Shown here: positions 19,271 through 30,600 of the stretch, one piece after another
Layout of the letters: each line of letters opens with the position of its first letter
Position numbering within the stretch: the stretch's first letter is position 1
DNA from: Xylella taiwanensis
Lineage (GTDB): Bacteria; Pseudomonadota; Gammaproteobacteria; Xanthomonadales; Xanthomonadaceae
Assembly (NCBI RefSeq): GCF_013177435.1
Contig: NZ_CP053627.1
Span: 2,160,001-2,192,000, forward strand
DNA length: 32,000 nucleotides
Direction of reading: 5' to 3'
The notes under the pieces: generated by a model
Databases searched by the model: none
What the model saw: the letters and a program-made list of their open reading frames with translations, nothing else
What the model was told of the DNA's origin: nothing
Translations under genes and position numbers: made by a program

Positions 19271-19354
19271 ATTCTGGTACACGTACGACACGCCTCTCGG
19301 TCTGTGTTTTGGTCCGCGCAAGCAGCGCGACCATCTCGGGGCGTTCCGCGATAG

Positions 19355-19384
19355 CCGGCACGCGCAATCGTGACCGGTTTTTTT
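19355..19384 (+). terminator. Candidate intrinsic terminator or attenuator downstream of rpsU
   Basis: CCGGCAC-gcgcaatc-GTG(A)CCGG forms a stem of 7 bp with one bulged A, followed by T7 (19378-19384). A second GC-rich hairpin at 19311-19332 has no T tract. Confidence 0.4.
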
Positions 19385-19465
19385 GTGTTGCCCCCTCCTC
19401 ACACCTCATTTAAATCCAGCAGACTTCCCTACTCCCGGCCAGTTTCCTCATTCACGGAGACACAC

Positions 19466-19912
19466 ATGAGCCTCAAACAACACATCACCGATGACATGAA
19501 GGTCGCCATGAAGAGCGGCGACAAACACAGCCTAGGGGTGATCCGACTCATCAACGCCGCTATCAAGCAGAAAGAAATCGACGAACGCATCACGTTGGAT
19601 GATGAAAGTGTACTCACGGTGTTGCACAAAATGGTCAAGCAACGCAGGGATTCACTAAAACAATACAGCGATGCCGGCCGCGAGGACCTTGCTCAGATAG
19701 AACGCGACGAAATCATAGTGATCGAACGCTACCTACCAGCCAGACTCAGCGAAGCAGAGATTGTTACTGCAATCCAAACAACGATTGCAGAAACTGGCGC
19801 CTCAAGTTCAGCCGATATGGGAAAACTGATGGGAGCGCTCAAATCTAAGTTGGCCGGCCAAGCCGACATGGGACAAATCTCTGCACTGGTGAAAAAACAC
19901 CTGTCTCACTAA
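19466..19912 (+). CDS. GatB/YqeY domain-containing protein
   Basis: The start is the ATG at 19466 (MSLKQHITDDMKVAMKSGDK...), with a GGAGA RBS at 19456-19460. It has the typical YqeY pattern (LRLINAAIKQKEID...). 148 aa. Confidence 0.9.
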   Translation: MSLKQHITDDMKVAMKSGDKHSLGVIRLINAAIKQKEIDERITLDDESVLTVLHKMVKQRRDSLKQYSDAGREDLAQIERDEIIVIERYLPARLSEAEIVTAIQTTIAETGASSSADMGKLMGALKSKLAGQADMGQISALVKKHLSH

Positions 19913-20166
19913 GCCCTACAAGCTGCTGGCAAACACGCTTCAAGCCCACAAACGGTCGCTTCTATGCTGCTGGGTGGATCACGTTGCCAGCCATTATCTA
20001 GCCCAGCATCCATTCCAAATCATCCGCCCATCAGGCATCCATCATGCCGCCATTCACCTGCCTTTGCCATCCCATCTGCTAGAAACGCAACGCCACCGAT
20101 GGCGCACGCACAGCACCCCCCATACCCAACCCCATCGTGCGAACGACGCTGGCAGCACAGTATGTA

Positions 20167-21096
20167 ATGAAAGCGAACAACACTATGGCGGAGCATCTCC
20201 TTTCACCCAAACGACTAAATAAACACCTGCAACGCTTGCAACAGAGCCTACCGATGGCGCTGGTCAACCGTTTCACCGAGATCGACGTACTGACTCAAGC
20301 CGCCTCACTGTCGTTCTACGCACTGTTATCGCTGGCACCACTACTGGTACTGCTACTGTGGCTGACCGCCTCGCTGTATCCAACCGCACAAGAAGCGCTG
20401 ATCACACAGATTGACCAGTTAGCCGGCAACAGTGCAGCCACCGTTGCCAAAACGATCTTACAGAACGCCACCGCACAACCTACTTTCGGCACGCTGGCAG
20501 GACTGTGGAGCACCTTGCTATTACTCATCGGGGCGACAGCGGTATTCGCACAATTACAAAACGCGCTGAACCTCATCTTCCACACCGATCAACAACGCAT
20601 GGACGGGATGCAAGCATGGCTGAAAAAGCGGGTATTTTCGTTCGGTGTTGTGTTGGCACTGGGCTTCCTGCTGATCATCTCCATGATCGCCACAACCGCA
20701 CTGCAAGTCGTGTTTGCACACTTGCCTTCCATGCTGCCAACGATAGGCTACCTGACCACGTTGGTGTTATACACGTTGGCCTTTGCGTTTTTGTACCGCT
20801 ATCTACCCGACCGGGTCGTCAACTGGCGCCAAGCCTGCATTGGCGGTGCGATCACCGCTTGCTTATTTACTCTGGGCCGCTATGCCATCGGACTGTACAT
20901 TAGCACCGCCGCACCGGGAAGCGCCTACGGCTCAATGGGTGCATTGGTCATTATGCTGGTATGGATGTACTACACATCCGTCGTGTTCTTCATCGGCGCA
21001 CTGCTGACTGCCGTCATCGACGAGCGATTGCGCGACCACCACAGCATACGCACCTCCAAGCGTCACACTCGCCGCCGGACCTCATCGGACACCTAA
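20167..21096 (+). CDS. YihY/virulence factor BrkB family inner-membrane protein
   Basis: It carries the YihY signature AASLSFYALLSLAPLL and about 6 TM segments. The start is uncertain (GTG 20137, ATG 20167 or ATG 20185), and none has a clear SD. Confidence 0.85.
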   Translation: MKANNTMAEHLLSPKRLNKHLQRLQQSLPMALVNRFTEIDVLTQAASLSFYALLSLAPLLVLLLWLTASLYPTAQEALITQIDQLAGNSAATVAKTILQNATAQPTFGTLAGLWSTLLLLIGATAVFAQLQNALNLIFHTDQQRMDGMQAWLKKRVFSFGVVLALGFLLIISMIATTALQVVFAHLPSMLPTIGYLTTLVLYTLAFAFLYRYLPDRVVNWRQACIGGAITACLFTLGRYAIGLYISTAAPGSAYGSMGALVIMLVWMYYTSVVFFIGALLTAVIDERLRDHHSIRTSKRHTRRRTSSDT

Positions 21097-21313
21097 ATCA
21101 CCCCGTATCACACTCTTTGCACAGCCCCCGCACCTGCGATGCCAACAAACATCACGGACCGCGTTCCTGAACCAAACATCAGACTGAAGAAATACCAGAA
21201 GCACATCCGTCGCTTCGTCTAACAAATGCCTCTCAGTCACATCACCCACCTTGCACGCCTCATGGCGATCCCAATACAACCCCAGTACTTGACAGACGGC
21301 CTACACTACTGAA

Positions 21314-23047
21314 ATGGCCCGCATCCCTGATGCATTCATTGATGAACTGCTCGCTCGCACCGATATCGTCGAGGTGGTAGGCAGCCGCTTACCGCTTAAA
21401 CGTCAAGGCAAGGAATATGCATCGCGCTGCCCATTCCACGACGAGCGCTCCGCCTCGTTCTATGTCTCCCCGGCCAAACAGTTCTACCACTGCTTCGGTT
21501 GTGGCGCACATGGCACCGCAATCAGTTTTTTAATGAACTACGACCGCCTCGAATTCCTCGACGCCGTCGACGAACTCGCCAAACACGCCGGGATGGAAGT
21601 CCCGCGCGAAACCCAGCCGAACCAAGCACAGCAAGACGACAGCCGCGCCCTGTACGCCGCACTGGAAGCCGCATCGCACTTCTTCCAAAAACACCTGGAA
21701 AGCAGCCCCAAAGTCCAGGCATACCTAAACGAACGCGGCGTCGATAGCAGCACCCGCACGCGCTTCCAGATTGGTTACGCACCAGACGGTTATAGCGCAC
21801 TCAAAGACACCTTGGGGACCGACCAGCGGCGCATCGCACTATTAGACCGCGCAGGCATGTTCTCCAAAAACGACCGTGACCACGTCTACGACAAATTCCG
21901 CGACCGGGTGATGTTCCCGATCTTTGACCGGCGCGGCCGGGTCATTGCCTTTGGCGGCCGGGTGCTCGACAAGGACAAAAGTCCGAAATACCTCAACTCG
22001 CCGGAAACTGCCTTGTTTCACAAAGGCCGCGAACTGTACGGCCTGTGGCAGGTCCGTCAGGCACACCAGAACATCGAGCGGTTAATCGTTGTCGAAGGCT
22101 ACATGGACGTGATCTCACTGTTCCAGTTTGGCGTCACCCAAGCCGTCGCCACACTCGGCACGGCAACCACTGTGGAACACGCGGAACTGCTCTTTCGCAA
22201 CGCCCCGGACGTGTACTTCTGCTTCGACGGCGACAACGCCGGGCGGAAAGCCGGTTGGCGTGCACTCGAATCGGTGCTGCCACGCATGAAGGAAGGACGA
22301 CAAGCCTTCTTCCTGTTCCTGCCCGATGGCGAGGATCCAGACACAATCGTACGTAAAGAAGGCAAAGATGCGTTCAACGAACGGCTGAAACAGGCCATAC
22401 CACTGTCGCAATTCTTCTTCGACGCCCTGTCCCGCGACATCACTCTCAGCACTCTGGACGGCAAAGCACGCCTGGCCGAACGCGCCCGCCCACTATTAAT
22501 GCAGATCCCCGACGGCGCATTCAACGATCTGATGCGACAACACCTGGCACACCTCACCGGTGTCAATGTCGCACACCCCGTATCAGCACCAACCGCCACA
22601 TCACGGCCACCGGCACACATCCCCACACAGAAACGCAACCTGGTCCACGCAACAATCGCAATCGTTCTACAGCAACCCTCGCTAGTGATGACCCTGGACA
22701 ACCAATCCCCGCTTGCCATTACCGGCCTGCGGCAGCCGGGCATCGACCTACTCCTGGAATTACTCGACCTAGTGCGGCAACGCCCGGAAATCACCACAGG
22801 CACACTACTGGAACACTTCACAGAACGCGAAGAACACGTCCTACTGCGCACCCTGGCCACACAAGCCATACCAGGCGACGCCAGCACCTGGACCCAGGAG
22901 TTACACGGCGCGATCACACAAATGGAGAAACAACTCCTTCAGCAACGCCTGGACGAGCTACAAGCCAAACAACGCACCCAGCGCCTGGACGAAACTGATA
23001 AGTACGAACTGCGTGAACTTCTGAAAGCGCGCGCCACGCTGCGGTGA
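21314..23047 (+). CDS. dnaG: DNA primase
   Basis: MARIPDAFIDELLARTDIVEVV, a zinc ribbon (CPFHDERSASFYVSPAKQFYHCFGCGAHG), and a TOPRIM region (VVEGYMDVISL...DGDNAGRKA). Confidence 0.96.
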   Translation: MARIPDAFIDELLARTDIVEVVGSRLPLKRQGKEYASRCPFHDERSASFYVSPAKQFYHCFGCGAHGTAISFLMNYDRLEFLDAVDELAKHAGMEVPRETQPNQAQQDDSRALYAALEAASHFFQKHLESSPKVQAYLNERGVDSSTRTRFQIGYAPDGYSALKDTLGTDQRRIALLDRAGMFSKNDRDHVYDKFRDRVMFPIFDRRGRVIAFGGRVLDKDKSPKYLNSPETALFHKGRELYGLWQVRQAHQNIERLIVVEGYMDVISLFQFGVTQAVATLGTATTVEHAELLFRNAPDVYFCFDGDNAGRKAGWRALESVLPRMKEGRQAFFLFLPDGEDPDTIVRKEGKDAFNERLKQAIPLSQFFFDALSRDITLSTLDGKARLAERARPLLMQIPDGAFNDLMRQHLAHLTGVNVAHPVSAPTATSRPPAHIPTQKRNLVHATIAIVLQQPSLVMTLDNQSPLAITGLRQPGIDLLLELLDLVRQRPEITTGTLLEHFTEREEHVLLRTLATQAIPGDASTWTQELHGAITQMEKQLLQQRLDELQAKQRTQRLDETDKYELRELLKARATLR

Positions 23048-23692
23048 AACACCCCACAACCGTATTGCATCCGCGTGCAACAACACTAAACCGATTGCCA
23101 AACCCATGTGATAGAACCACCCTCATCACCAATCAGGAAAAGCAACCTCCCGATCTCAACCCATCATCTCGATCTCTACAACGCCTGATCGAAGCCACTC
23201 GAACAGCCGCTCCGCCACCAACATCACACCACCGTGGCCGCATTGAAAACACCCCAGCGTCCACCATCCCAATGCCACACCATGCGGTGAGGCGCTCAGC
23301 AGAGACATGCACCGCATCCATTCACCCTTTGCAATACCCTCTCCACCCTCGCCGCATTGCTACCAACCCCTGGATCATAGAACGACCAACCATTCAGACG
23401 GCTACCAGGTGCATGACATCGCGCACCTTGCACGCCACTTGACCATGACGTACCGTCATAACGCACCTAAGCGTGCCGCCGCTCAGCAATACACCCATCA
23501 AAAACACCGCACCGCAGGCACCTTTTCCACTTCGACAATGGGATCAGAAACGCCGGCTCTTCTCCTGGAAATCAGCGATCCATCCTGGAACACCAAACAC
23601 CTGCTCCACTGCTACGCTCACACCGAATCTGGACACACGCTCAGCAATCCCATACCACCATCCACAGACGTCTACACAGACCTCTCTCCCAT

Positions 23693-24985
23693 TCAACCAA
23701 CCTCACGCAGCGTGCGCAGCGCAGCGAGCACAGCAACAGGATCAGCCACCGGTTCCAACATCGGAGAGACCAGCGTCTCGACCAACACCGCCTGCTTCAG
23801 CATCGACATCCACTGACCGGCCTCTTGCGGTGAAGAAAATCCCGTGCTCTGCACCAGCACCCCCCCCTGTCCATCGATCAACTTGAAGTAGAAACGCCCA
23901 TCCTGCGCGCGGTATTGCTTAAATGCCGGCAACGCTGCTTTCTCTCGCGGCACCGGCGCGGCCGCGGCAGTGTGATGCGACAACGTGCGCAAGCCCACCG
24001 CCTCACGCAAGCGCGCCACCAGCGGTATCGCATCGCGCTCCCGCAAACGCACCGCGCTGTCACGCAACATCGCTTCGATATCCGCCGGACGCCTCATGAA
24101 ATCTGCATAACGTTCCCGCAGCGGCGCAATCTCGGCATCGATACGCTCGAACAAACACTGCTTCGCCTCCCCCCACCCCATACCATCAGCCAATGCCTGC
24201 GCGAACCCCGCACTCTCTGCAACACCAGCAAACGCCTGATACAACTGAAACACAGCCGCACCAGCCGCCTCCTTGGGCTCCCCTGGCGCACGGGAATCGG
24301 TGACGATCGAGAACACCTGCTTCTGCAAACCTTCACGCGTGGAGAAAAGCGGGATTGTATTGCCATAGCTTTTACTCATCTTGCGCCCATCCAAACCCGG
24401 CAAGGTCGCCACCTGCATATCGATCACCGCCTCTGGGAGCACAAAATACTCCCCCGCGTACACATGGTTAAAACGCTGCGCGAAATCACGCGCCATCTCA
24501 ATATGCTGAATCTGATCGCGCCCCACCGGGACCTGATGCGCATTGAACAGAAGGATGTCCGCCGCCATCAACACCGGATACATAAACAGACCGGCAGTGA
24601 CCCCAGCATCATCATCCTCACCCTCACTACGGTTCTTATCCACCACCGCCTTATAGGCATGCGCACGGTTGAGAATGCCCTTGGCTGCAACACACGTCAG
24701 CAACCACAGCAACTCTGTAGTTTCCGGCACATCACTCTGCCGATACAGCCACACTTTCTCCGGATCCAGACCACACGCCAGCCAACTCGCTGCAATTTCC
24801 AGCGTCGAACGCTGCGTACGCTCTGGATCCTGCGCTTTGATCAAGCTGTGCAGATCGGCCAAGAAATAAAAACTTTCAGTTCCAGGCGCACCAGCCGCAC
24901 GGATCGCCGGGCGAATCGCACCAACATAATTCCCCAAATGGGGCGTCCCGGAAGTGGTGATACCAGTCAGAACACGGATACTCAT
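23693..24985 (-). CDS. trpS: Tryptophan--tRNA ligase with a C-terminal extension of about 80-95 aa containing a YegP/DUF1508-like module
   Basis: The HIGH-type motif is TSGTPHLGNYVG and KMSKS is present (GRKMSKSYGN). The total length of 430 aa compares with about 330-340 for typical bacterial TrpRS. The tail contains FKQYRAQDGRFYFKLIDGQGGVLVQSTGFSSPQEAGQWMSMLKQ. Confidence 0.95.
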   Translation of the reverse strand: MSIRVLTGITTSGTPHLGNYVGAIRPAIRAAGAPGTESFYFLADLHSLIKAQDPERTQRSTLEIAASWLACGLDPEKVWLYRQSDVPETTELLWLLTCVAAKGILNRAHAYKAVVDKNRSEGEDDDAGVTAGLFMYPVLMAADILLFNAHQVPVGRDQIQHIEMARDFAQRFNHVYAGEYFVLPEAVIDMQVATLPGLDGRKMSKSYGNTIPLFSTREGLQKQVFSIVTDSRAPGEPKEAAGAAVFQLYQAFAGVAESAGFAQALADGMGWGEAKQCLFERIDAEIAPLRERYADFMRRPADIEAMLRDSAVRLRERDAIPLVARLREAVGLRTLSHHTAAAAPVPREKAALPAFKQYRAQDGRFYFKLIDGQGGVLVQSTGFSSPQEAGQWMSMLKQAVLVETLVSPMLEPVADPVAVLAALRTLREVG

Positions 24986-25726
24986 GGAATGCCCAATCGG
25001 AAATACGGCTCCAAAGTCTAACGCGCGCTATGCAGAGCACCACCGGAAACAACCGCTTCCCAGAACCAGGCAATACCAGAACTCCGACTTCCCCGTGTCC
25101 AGCCTCACAACGCACCCACTCTCAACGCCCGAATACACCCATCTTGTCCCCAATGCAGTCAACATCGAAGACGAGGATCAAATGGTCAACATTCAATGGC
25201 TGATGTCGGAAAGGTCAAATATGGGAACAACACAAGCGTTACCAAGCTTTGCATCGTGTAGAAATGCATCGATCCATCAGACCCCAGACATGACGTAAAA
25301 CACCCGATGAAGCGCGCTCGCCAAACCGCTCGATGACATCACGCCAACCATGAAACCCCAGAAGCAAGACAAACATCCACGCAAAGATCGATGCTCGCTC
25401 ATGCCCCACACCTGACCCGATGCCACACTGGTCACCACATCCAAAGCGTCTGCGGGCTTTTTGCTACCTCGCCAAGCGATCGCTGATCAATCCCGCGCAT
25501 CAGCATCCATACCAACGTGAACCCATCCTCTGCAATAAATGCAACAACGAAGTACCAGACAGCACCCTGGACTTGTCACACCTGCTGGATATCTACACCG
25601 CAGCGGTGACCCACAGCCCCACTTGGCACAGTCAATTCCACTAAAAGTCACTGACGGAATATCTGTCTGGAAACATAGGTCCGCATCCGTATCGACACCT
25701 GCTCAATGGGTCTGAACCCTGCACGT

Positions 25727-27658
25727 TCAGAACAACTCACCTTGCACCAACATCCCGGATGTATCAGCGTGCCCCCCAAGCGCCGCTGTGGGCACCGCAT
25801 TCCAGCCAGTGGGATCGGCACCGAGCCGCCAAGCTAGCCCGGACACCCGCACCGCATGCCGTGCCAACGCCGCGCACAGCACCGCTTCACCACCGGCCAG
25901 ATGGAGCGTATGACGCGCCCGGGTCAATCCCGTGTAGATCAGCTCGCGCGACAGCACCCGGCTGTCTTGACGCGGCAATTGCAGCCAAACGGTGTCGCAT
26001 TCCGACCCCTGCGCCTTATGCACCGTCATCGCAAACGCACTCTCATGCGCCGGCAATGCCGCCGGTGCGAATGCGCGGACACCCGCGGCCCCTTCACCGG
26101 AAAACCAAGCCCACACCGTCCCATCGGGCTCGCGCAGACAGACGCCGATATCACCATTGAACAGGCGGTGACGGCTGCTGTTCTCAGTGATTAACACCAG
26201 CCGGCCATGAAAATACTCATCCGCACCGCCGCGACGCCCACCAAGCAGATGCTCGATCCGCGCATTGAGCCCAGAAGCCCCCTGTGGCCCGTCACGCAGC
26301 GCAGTCAGCAGGCGCACCCGCGCCGCCGCGGCCAATGCCTGTACCGGATCAGACAGCGCAGCCAATGCACGCCAATGCGCCAGCAACATCTGACCAGCAT
26401 CGCCACACGGATCCAACACCCCTGCATGAAATTGCACCCCACGGAGTGTGCCGCCGCGCAGCAACCCCAGCACGGCCCCGGCATCCCCCAGGCGCACCGC
26501 CGCGGCCAGCGGTGCCAAATCGAAATCCGCACCCTGGCGGTGACTGTTTTGCAGATGCACACGATGCCCATGCAGACTGCCGCGAACACAGGAACGTTCT
26601 GAAGCCACCGCTGGAGACGGCTTGCCTAACAAGGGCACCAATGCCTGCGCATCAGCCGCGTCCAACACGTCACCGGCACCAGCAGCGGCCAGAATCGCCG
26701 CCAGCACATCGCCCGCCTCCACGGACGGCAACTGATCCGGATCACCCAGCAAAATCAACTGCGTGCCGTCCGCCACAGCATCGACCAGCTTACACATCAA
26801 CGGTAAATCCACCATGGATGCCTCATCAATCACGATCAGGTCATACGGCAAGGGATTGTCGGCATGGTGGCGGAAGCGCGGCGTATCGGGAACAACACCG
26901 AGCAAACGATGCACCGTGCTCGCTCCCGACGGCAACGCCGCCAGCAACGCCGCATCCAGGCCCGCGGCACGCACCCGCGCCGCCGCTGCACGCAGACTTT
27001 CAGCCATGCGCTCCGCCGCGCGGCCCGTCGGTGCGGCCAGCGCAATACGTGGCGGCGGCACACCTTGTTGCCGCGCTTGAGCGATGCGCAGCACGAGCAA
27101 GCGCGCAATCGTCGTGGTCTTGCCGGTCCCAGGCCCACCCGTGATCAGTAATAACGCACGCTGCAAAGCTAACGCCGCGGCGCGCGCCTGCCGATCCTGC
27201 CCAGCGTGTCCCTGTGGAAACAGCACAGCAAACACGGGCGCCAGTGCTGCGGGTTCGATCGGCAGCAAGCGTGCGGCAGCCACCCGGAGCACCCCGCTGG
27301 CGAGGCGCCGCTCATACTCCCGATAGCGGCGCAGATACAGCACACCGTGTTCAAGCACTAACGGACAATCTGGCAGCGTCGGCACATGCCCCCCGGACGG
27401 CTCGGCCACCCAGGGGCTGGCGCGCAGCATCTGTGCCCAGTCCGCTCCGGAGGGCCAGGCGCACCTCTCTCCAGCAAGCCCCCCCGGGTGTGCCAGCTCC
27501 ACGCCCGCATGACCATGCGCCACCGCCAGCGAGGCCAGAGCAGCGGCGGCAGCCACCATATCCGGGGTCTCCGGATCGAGGCGACACAGGCTCTGTGCCA
27601 ACGCATCGTCCACCGTACGCAGCACGCCAGCCTGGTATAGCGCAGCGAGCAAGCTCAT
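25727..27658 (-). CDS. recD: Exodeoxyribonuclease V alpha subunit
   Basis: Walker A is ITGGPGTGKTTT, followed by helicase motifs (VIDEASMVDL, LLGDPDQLPSV) and a C-terminal MTVHKAQGSE. The ATG at 27658 overlaps the recB stop (ATGA, 27655-27658). A GTG at 27664 is also in frame. Confidence 0.92.
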   Translation of the reverse strand: MSLLAALYQAGVLRTVDDALAQSLCRLDPETPDMVAAAAALASLAVAHGHAGVELAHPGGLAGERCAWPSGADWAQMLRASPWVAEPSGGHVPTLPDCPLVLEHGVLYLRRYREYERRLASGVLRVAAARLLPIEPAALAPVFAVLFPQGHAGQDRQARAAALALQRALLLITGGPGTGKTTTIARLLVLRIAQARQQGVPPPRIALAAPTGRAAERMAESLRAAAARVRAAGLDAALLAALPSGASTVHRLLGVVPDTPRFRHHADNPLPYDLIVIDEASMVDLPLMCKLVDAVADGTQLILLGDPDQLPSVEAGDVLAAILAAAGAGDVLDAADAQALVPLLGKPSPAVASERSCVRGSLHGHRVHLQNSHRQGADFDLAPLAAAVRLGDAGAVLGLLRGGTLRGVQFHAGVLDPCGDAGQMLLAHWRALAALSDPVQALAAAARVRLLTALRDGPQGASGLNARIEHLLGGRRGGADEYFHGRLVLITENSSRHRLFNGDIGVCLREPDGTVWAWFSGEGAAGVRAFAPAALPAHESAFAMTVHKAQGSECDTVWLQLPRQDSRVLSRELIYTGLTRARHTLHLAGGEAVLCAALARHAVRVSGLAWRLGADPTGWNAVPTAALGGHADTSGMLVQGELF

Positions 27659-30600
27659 GGACACGCTCCGCTGAACATCGCGTCGACCGCAGCAATCAAC
27701 GCAGGAGCAAAGGACTGCGCATGCACGCCGACTGCATCGGTACGCGCTGCGTCCACACCACGGCAGAACAGATAACGGATGCCGCCCATATCACGCGCAT
27801 AGTTGTAGCCATCCCCCAAACGGAAGCGCAGCCAGCGGTGCAATGCCACTGTGTAGATAAGCGCCTGCAAGTCGTACTCACTGTCAGCCATCGCCGCGGC
27901 TAGATGCGCTGGCGTGTAGCCAGGCAAGCGATTGCTCTTGTAATCAAGCACGTACCAACGTCCGGCGTGGCGATAAATCAGGTCGATCATGCCGGTCATC
28001 AGTCCTTCCAACCGACGCCGCATCCCGAAGCCCTGACGCTGCCGTACCAAGCCGTGCTCATGCAGCAATGTAAGTAACGCATCAACCACCGTCGGACGCA
28101 TGACAAATTGAAACTCGATCTCCGGGCGCCGCTCCGTGACCGGCACGTCGCATAGACGTACCCCCTCGGGGAGGACGCTGGTCAAGGTATGGCCGACCAA
28201 TGGAGTCAGCAGCGCCACTCCGGCGTCCACGTCCTCGGCCACGTAGCCACTGCCGCGTAGCGCCTCAACCAACACAGCACGTTCAGTAACAGGCACGGGG
28301 GCATCGGCACGCCACGCACACCACGCCACAAAGTCGGTGCGCTCAAACACCTCGTGCAGTGCGACACCAAAGCGGGTGCCGATAAAACGTGAGTCGGCTA
28401 GGACCTCGGTCCCGGAGACGCCCTGCTCGATCACATCCAGCGCCAGTGCGGGTTCGTCCTGACCGCCACTGGGGAGCTCAGTGACACGGCGGCTGGCCTC
28501 GGAATCAGTCCCCGCGTTGGCATGCGCCAACTGGGTAAAGCTGTACACCCACCACTCCGAGACCAGTACACGTTGCGCCGGCCGCGCGGGCGGCACACTG
28601 TGAGCGTGTTCAGGCGTCAACCGGGGCACCGTGGACGGTGGCACCGCAGCGTCAAACACGATGCCAGGGTGCGCCGTCAACGCCTGCGGGTCACGCAGCA
28701 GCGGCCATAACGCGGTGCGTTCAGTGTGATAAAAGCTGCCGGTCGCGATCCAGAGGGCATGCTTGGCACGGGTCAGCCCCACGTACAGTAAGCGTGCCTC
28801 TTCAGCGCGCTGTTCATGTTTCCAAGCGGCCTCGGCCTGCTCCCAATCTGGGGCCTGCTTATCAATACACCAATACAGGCCGCGCCCTTGCTCGGCATCG
28901 TGCACGACGCAGTAACGGCCTGGGCCAGCATGGGAACGACCAATGCCAACGTAAGGCAGAAACACCAATGGGTACTCCAAGCCCTTGCTCTTATGCAGGG
29001 TGACAATCTGCACCCGCCGCGCATCTGACTCCAGACGCAGTAACTGTGCTTCATCATCGTCCTTGGCCGCAGCGATCCGCCGCCGCAGCCAATCGACCAA
29101 GCCGTGCAAGCCCAGGGCGCGCCGGTGGGCTTGCTGTAGCAGTTCGCCCAGTTGCAGATAGTTGCTTAGACGGCGCTCGCCATCGAACAGACCAAGTAGG
29201 CGTTCGGCATGCGCTGCACACAAGTCACTCAGCAGCCCCAGCGGGCCAGCGCTCTGCACACGTTCACGCCAGCGCAACGCCTGAAGTTGCCAGTGGCGGT
29301 AGGCAACGCTGTCATGATCGAATGCCGCGATTGTCGTGGCGGTCAGCCCAAGCAGCACGGTGGAGAGCGCCGCACGCAGCCGGCCTTCGTCAGCACTGTG
29401 CAGGACGGCCAGCAATACGGCCAGCGTTTCATTGGCTTCGTCCGTGGTAAACAGGCTGTGTTTCCCGGCAGCGACGGCAGGAATCCCGGCACGCGCCAGC
29501 GCCTGCTGCAGTAACGCTGCCTCACGGTGATTGCGCACCAGCACGGCGATGTCGCCGGCGCACACGGGGCGGCCCTCCAACATGGCACGTCCCGTCTGGG
29601 CGTCGGCAAGCCATCGGTAAATCGCATGCACGCATGCATCGGTACACAGGGTGCGCGCGGCCTCCGCACTCCAGGGTTTCGGCTTGCCCCGGGCGGTGCT
29701 GTCCAGCGGCGGCGGGGCCTGCCACACCACCAGGGCTGGCGCATCAACACCGGCGTGACTCAGGTCGGCAGCGCTACATTGTGTTCCCGGCTGCACCGGA
29801 TGGAAGGCGATACCTGGGGTCAGGAACGCATCTTCACCCCCTTGTGCATACAGCGCCTGGATGGCACGCAGTAATACCGGACGCGAGCGGAAATTACGCT
29901 CCAACGGCGGGGCGCGCTCAGCACGGGCCGCCGCGGCAAGATAGGTATGTACATCCCCGCCGCGAAAGCCATAGATGGCCTGCTTGGGATCTCCAATCAG
30001 AAACAATGCCGGGGTCAGTCCGGCGGTATGCACCAGCGCCGCATCACCAAACACGTGATGAAAGATGCGCCATTGGGTGATGTCGGTATCTTGAAACTCA
30101 TCGACAAGTGCGATCCGGTACTGTTCGCGCAGGCGCCGCACCAGGGTCAGGCCATACACGCCGTCCAGCGCCTGGGCTACACCTTCGATCAAATCGTCAT
30201 AGGTCTGGACGCGACGTTGGCGTTTGAGCGCCGTCAGGCGCACCCGGGCCTCTGCACGCAACAGATGCAGACGACGTAAGCGACGCTGTGCGCGAGCCAC
30301 GTCGACAGACACCAAAGCATCCAGGTAACGCTCCACCGCCCCGCTCACCGGGGAGATGGGCAGACGTCCGGCGCTATGCTTACGGGTGCCGGCCTGCAAT
30401 GCTGCCGCCGTCAATGTCTCCAGCTTCGGATGTGGCACAGGACACGTCTCTGGTGCCACGGTCCAGCGCTCCAGCCAGTCGGACAGCTCGTTCAGCGCAT
30501 CAGGTTTGTAGCTGGTCTTGCTGAGGACGCCATCTTCCAAAGCCGTGTGCAGTGCGATGCGTAACGCCGCGCCATGTGCCTGCCAGACATGGCGCAACGT

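Noticed and set aside
22099-22917. 272-aa minus-strand ORF inside dnaG, with similar long antisense or overlapping ORFs at 23915..25021, 26284..27144, 27214..27903, 18271..18933, 16742..17395, 14655..15239 and 9707..10138.
   Set aside because: All lie antisense to, or out of frame within, genes that have clear family signatures. Their products are R/P/A/S/C-rich and low in complexity, as expected from the absence of stop codons in GC-rich DNA, and I recognised no family motifs in them.
25711-25731. Hairpin TCTGAAC-N7-GTTCAGA overlapping the recD stop codon, considered as a terminator.
   Set aside because: No U or T tract follows it on the minus strand, and the stem is short and half inside the coding sequence.
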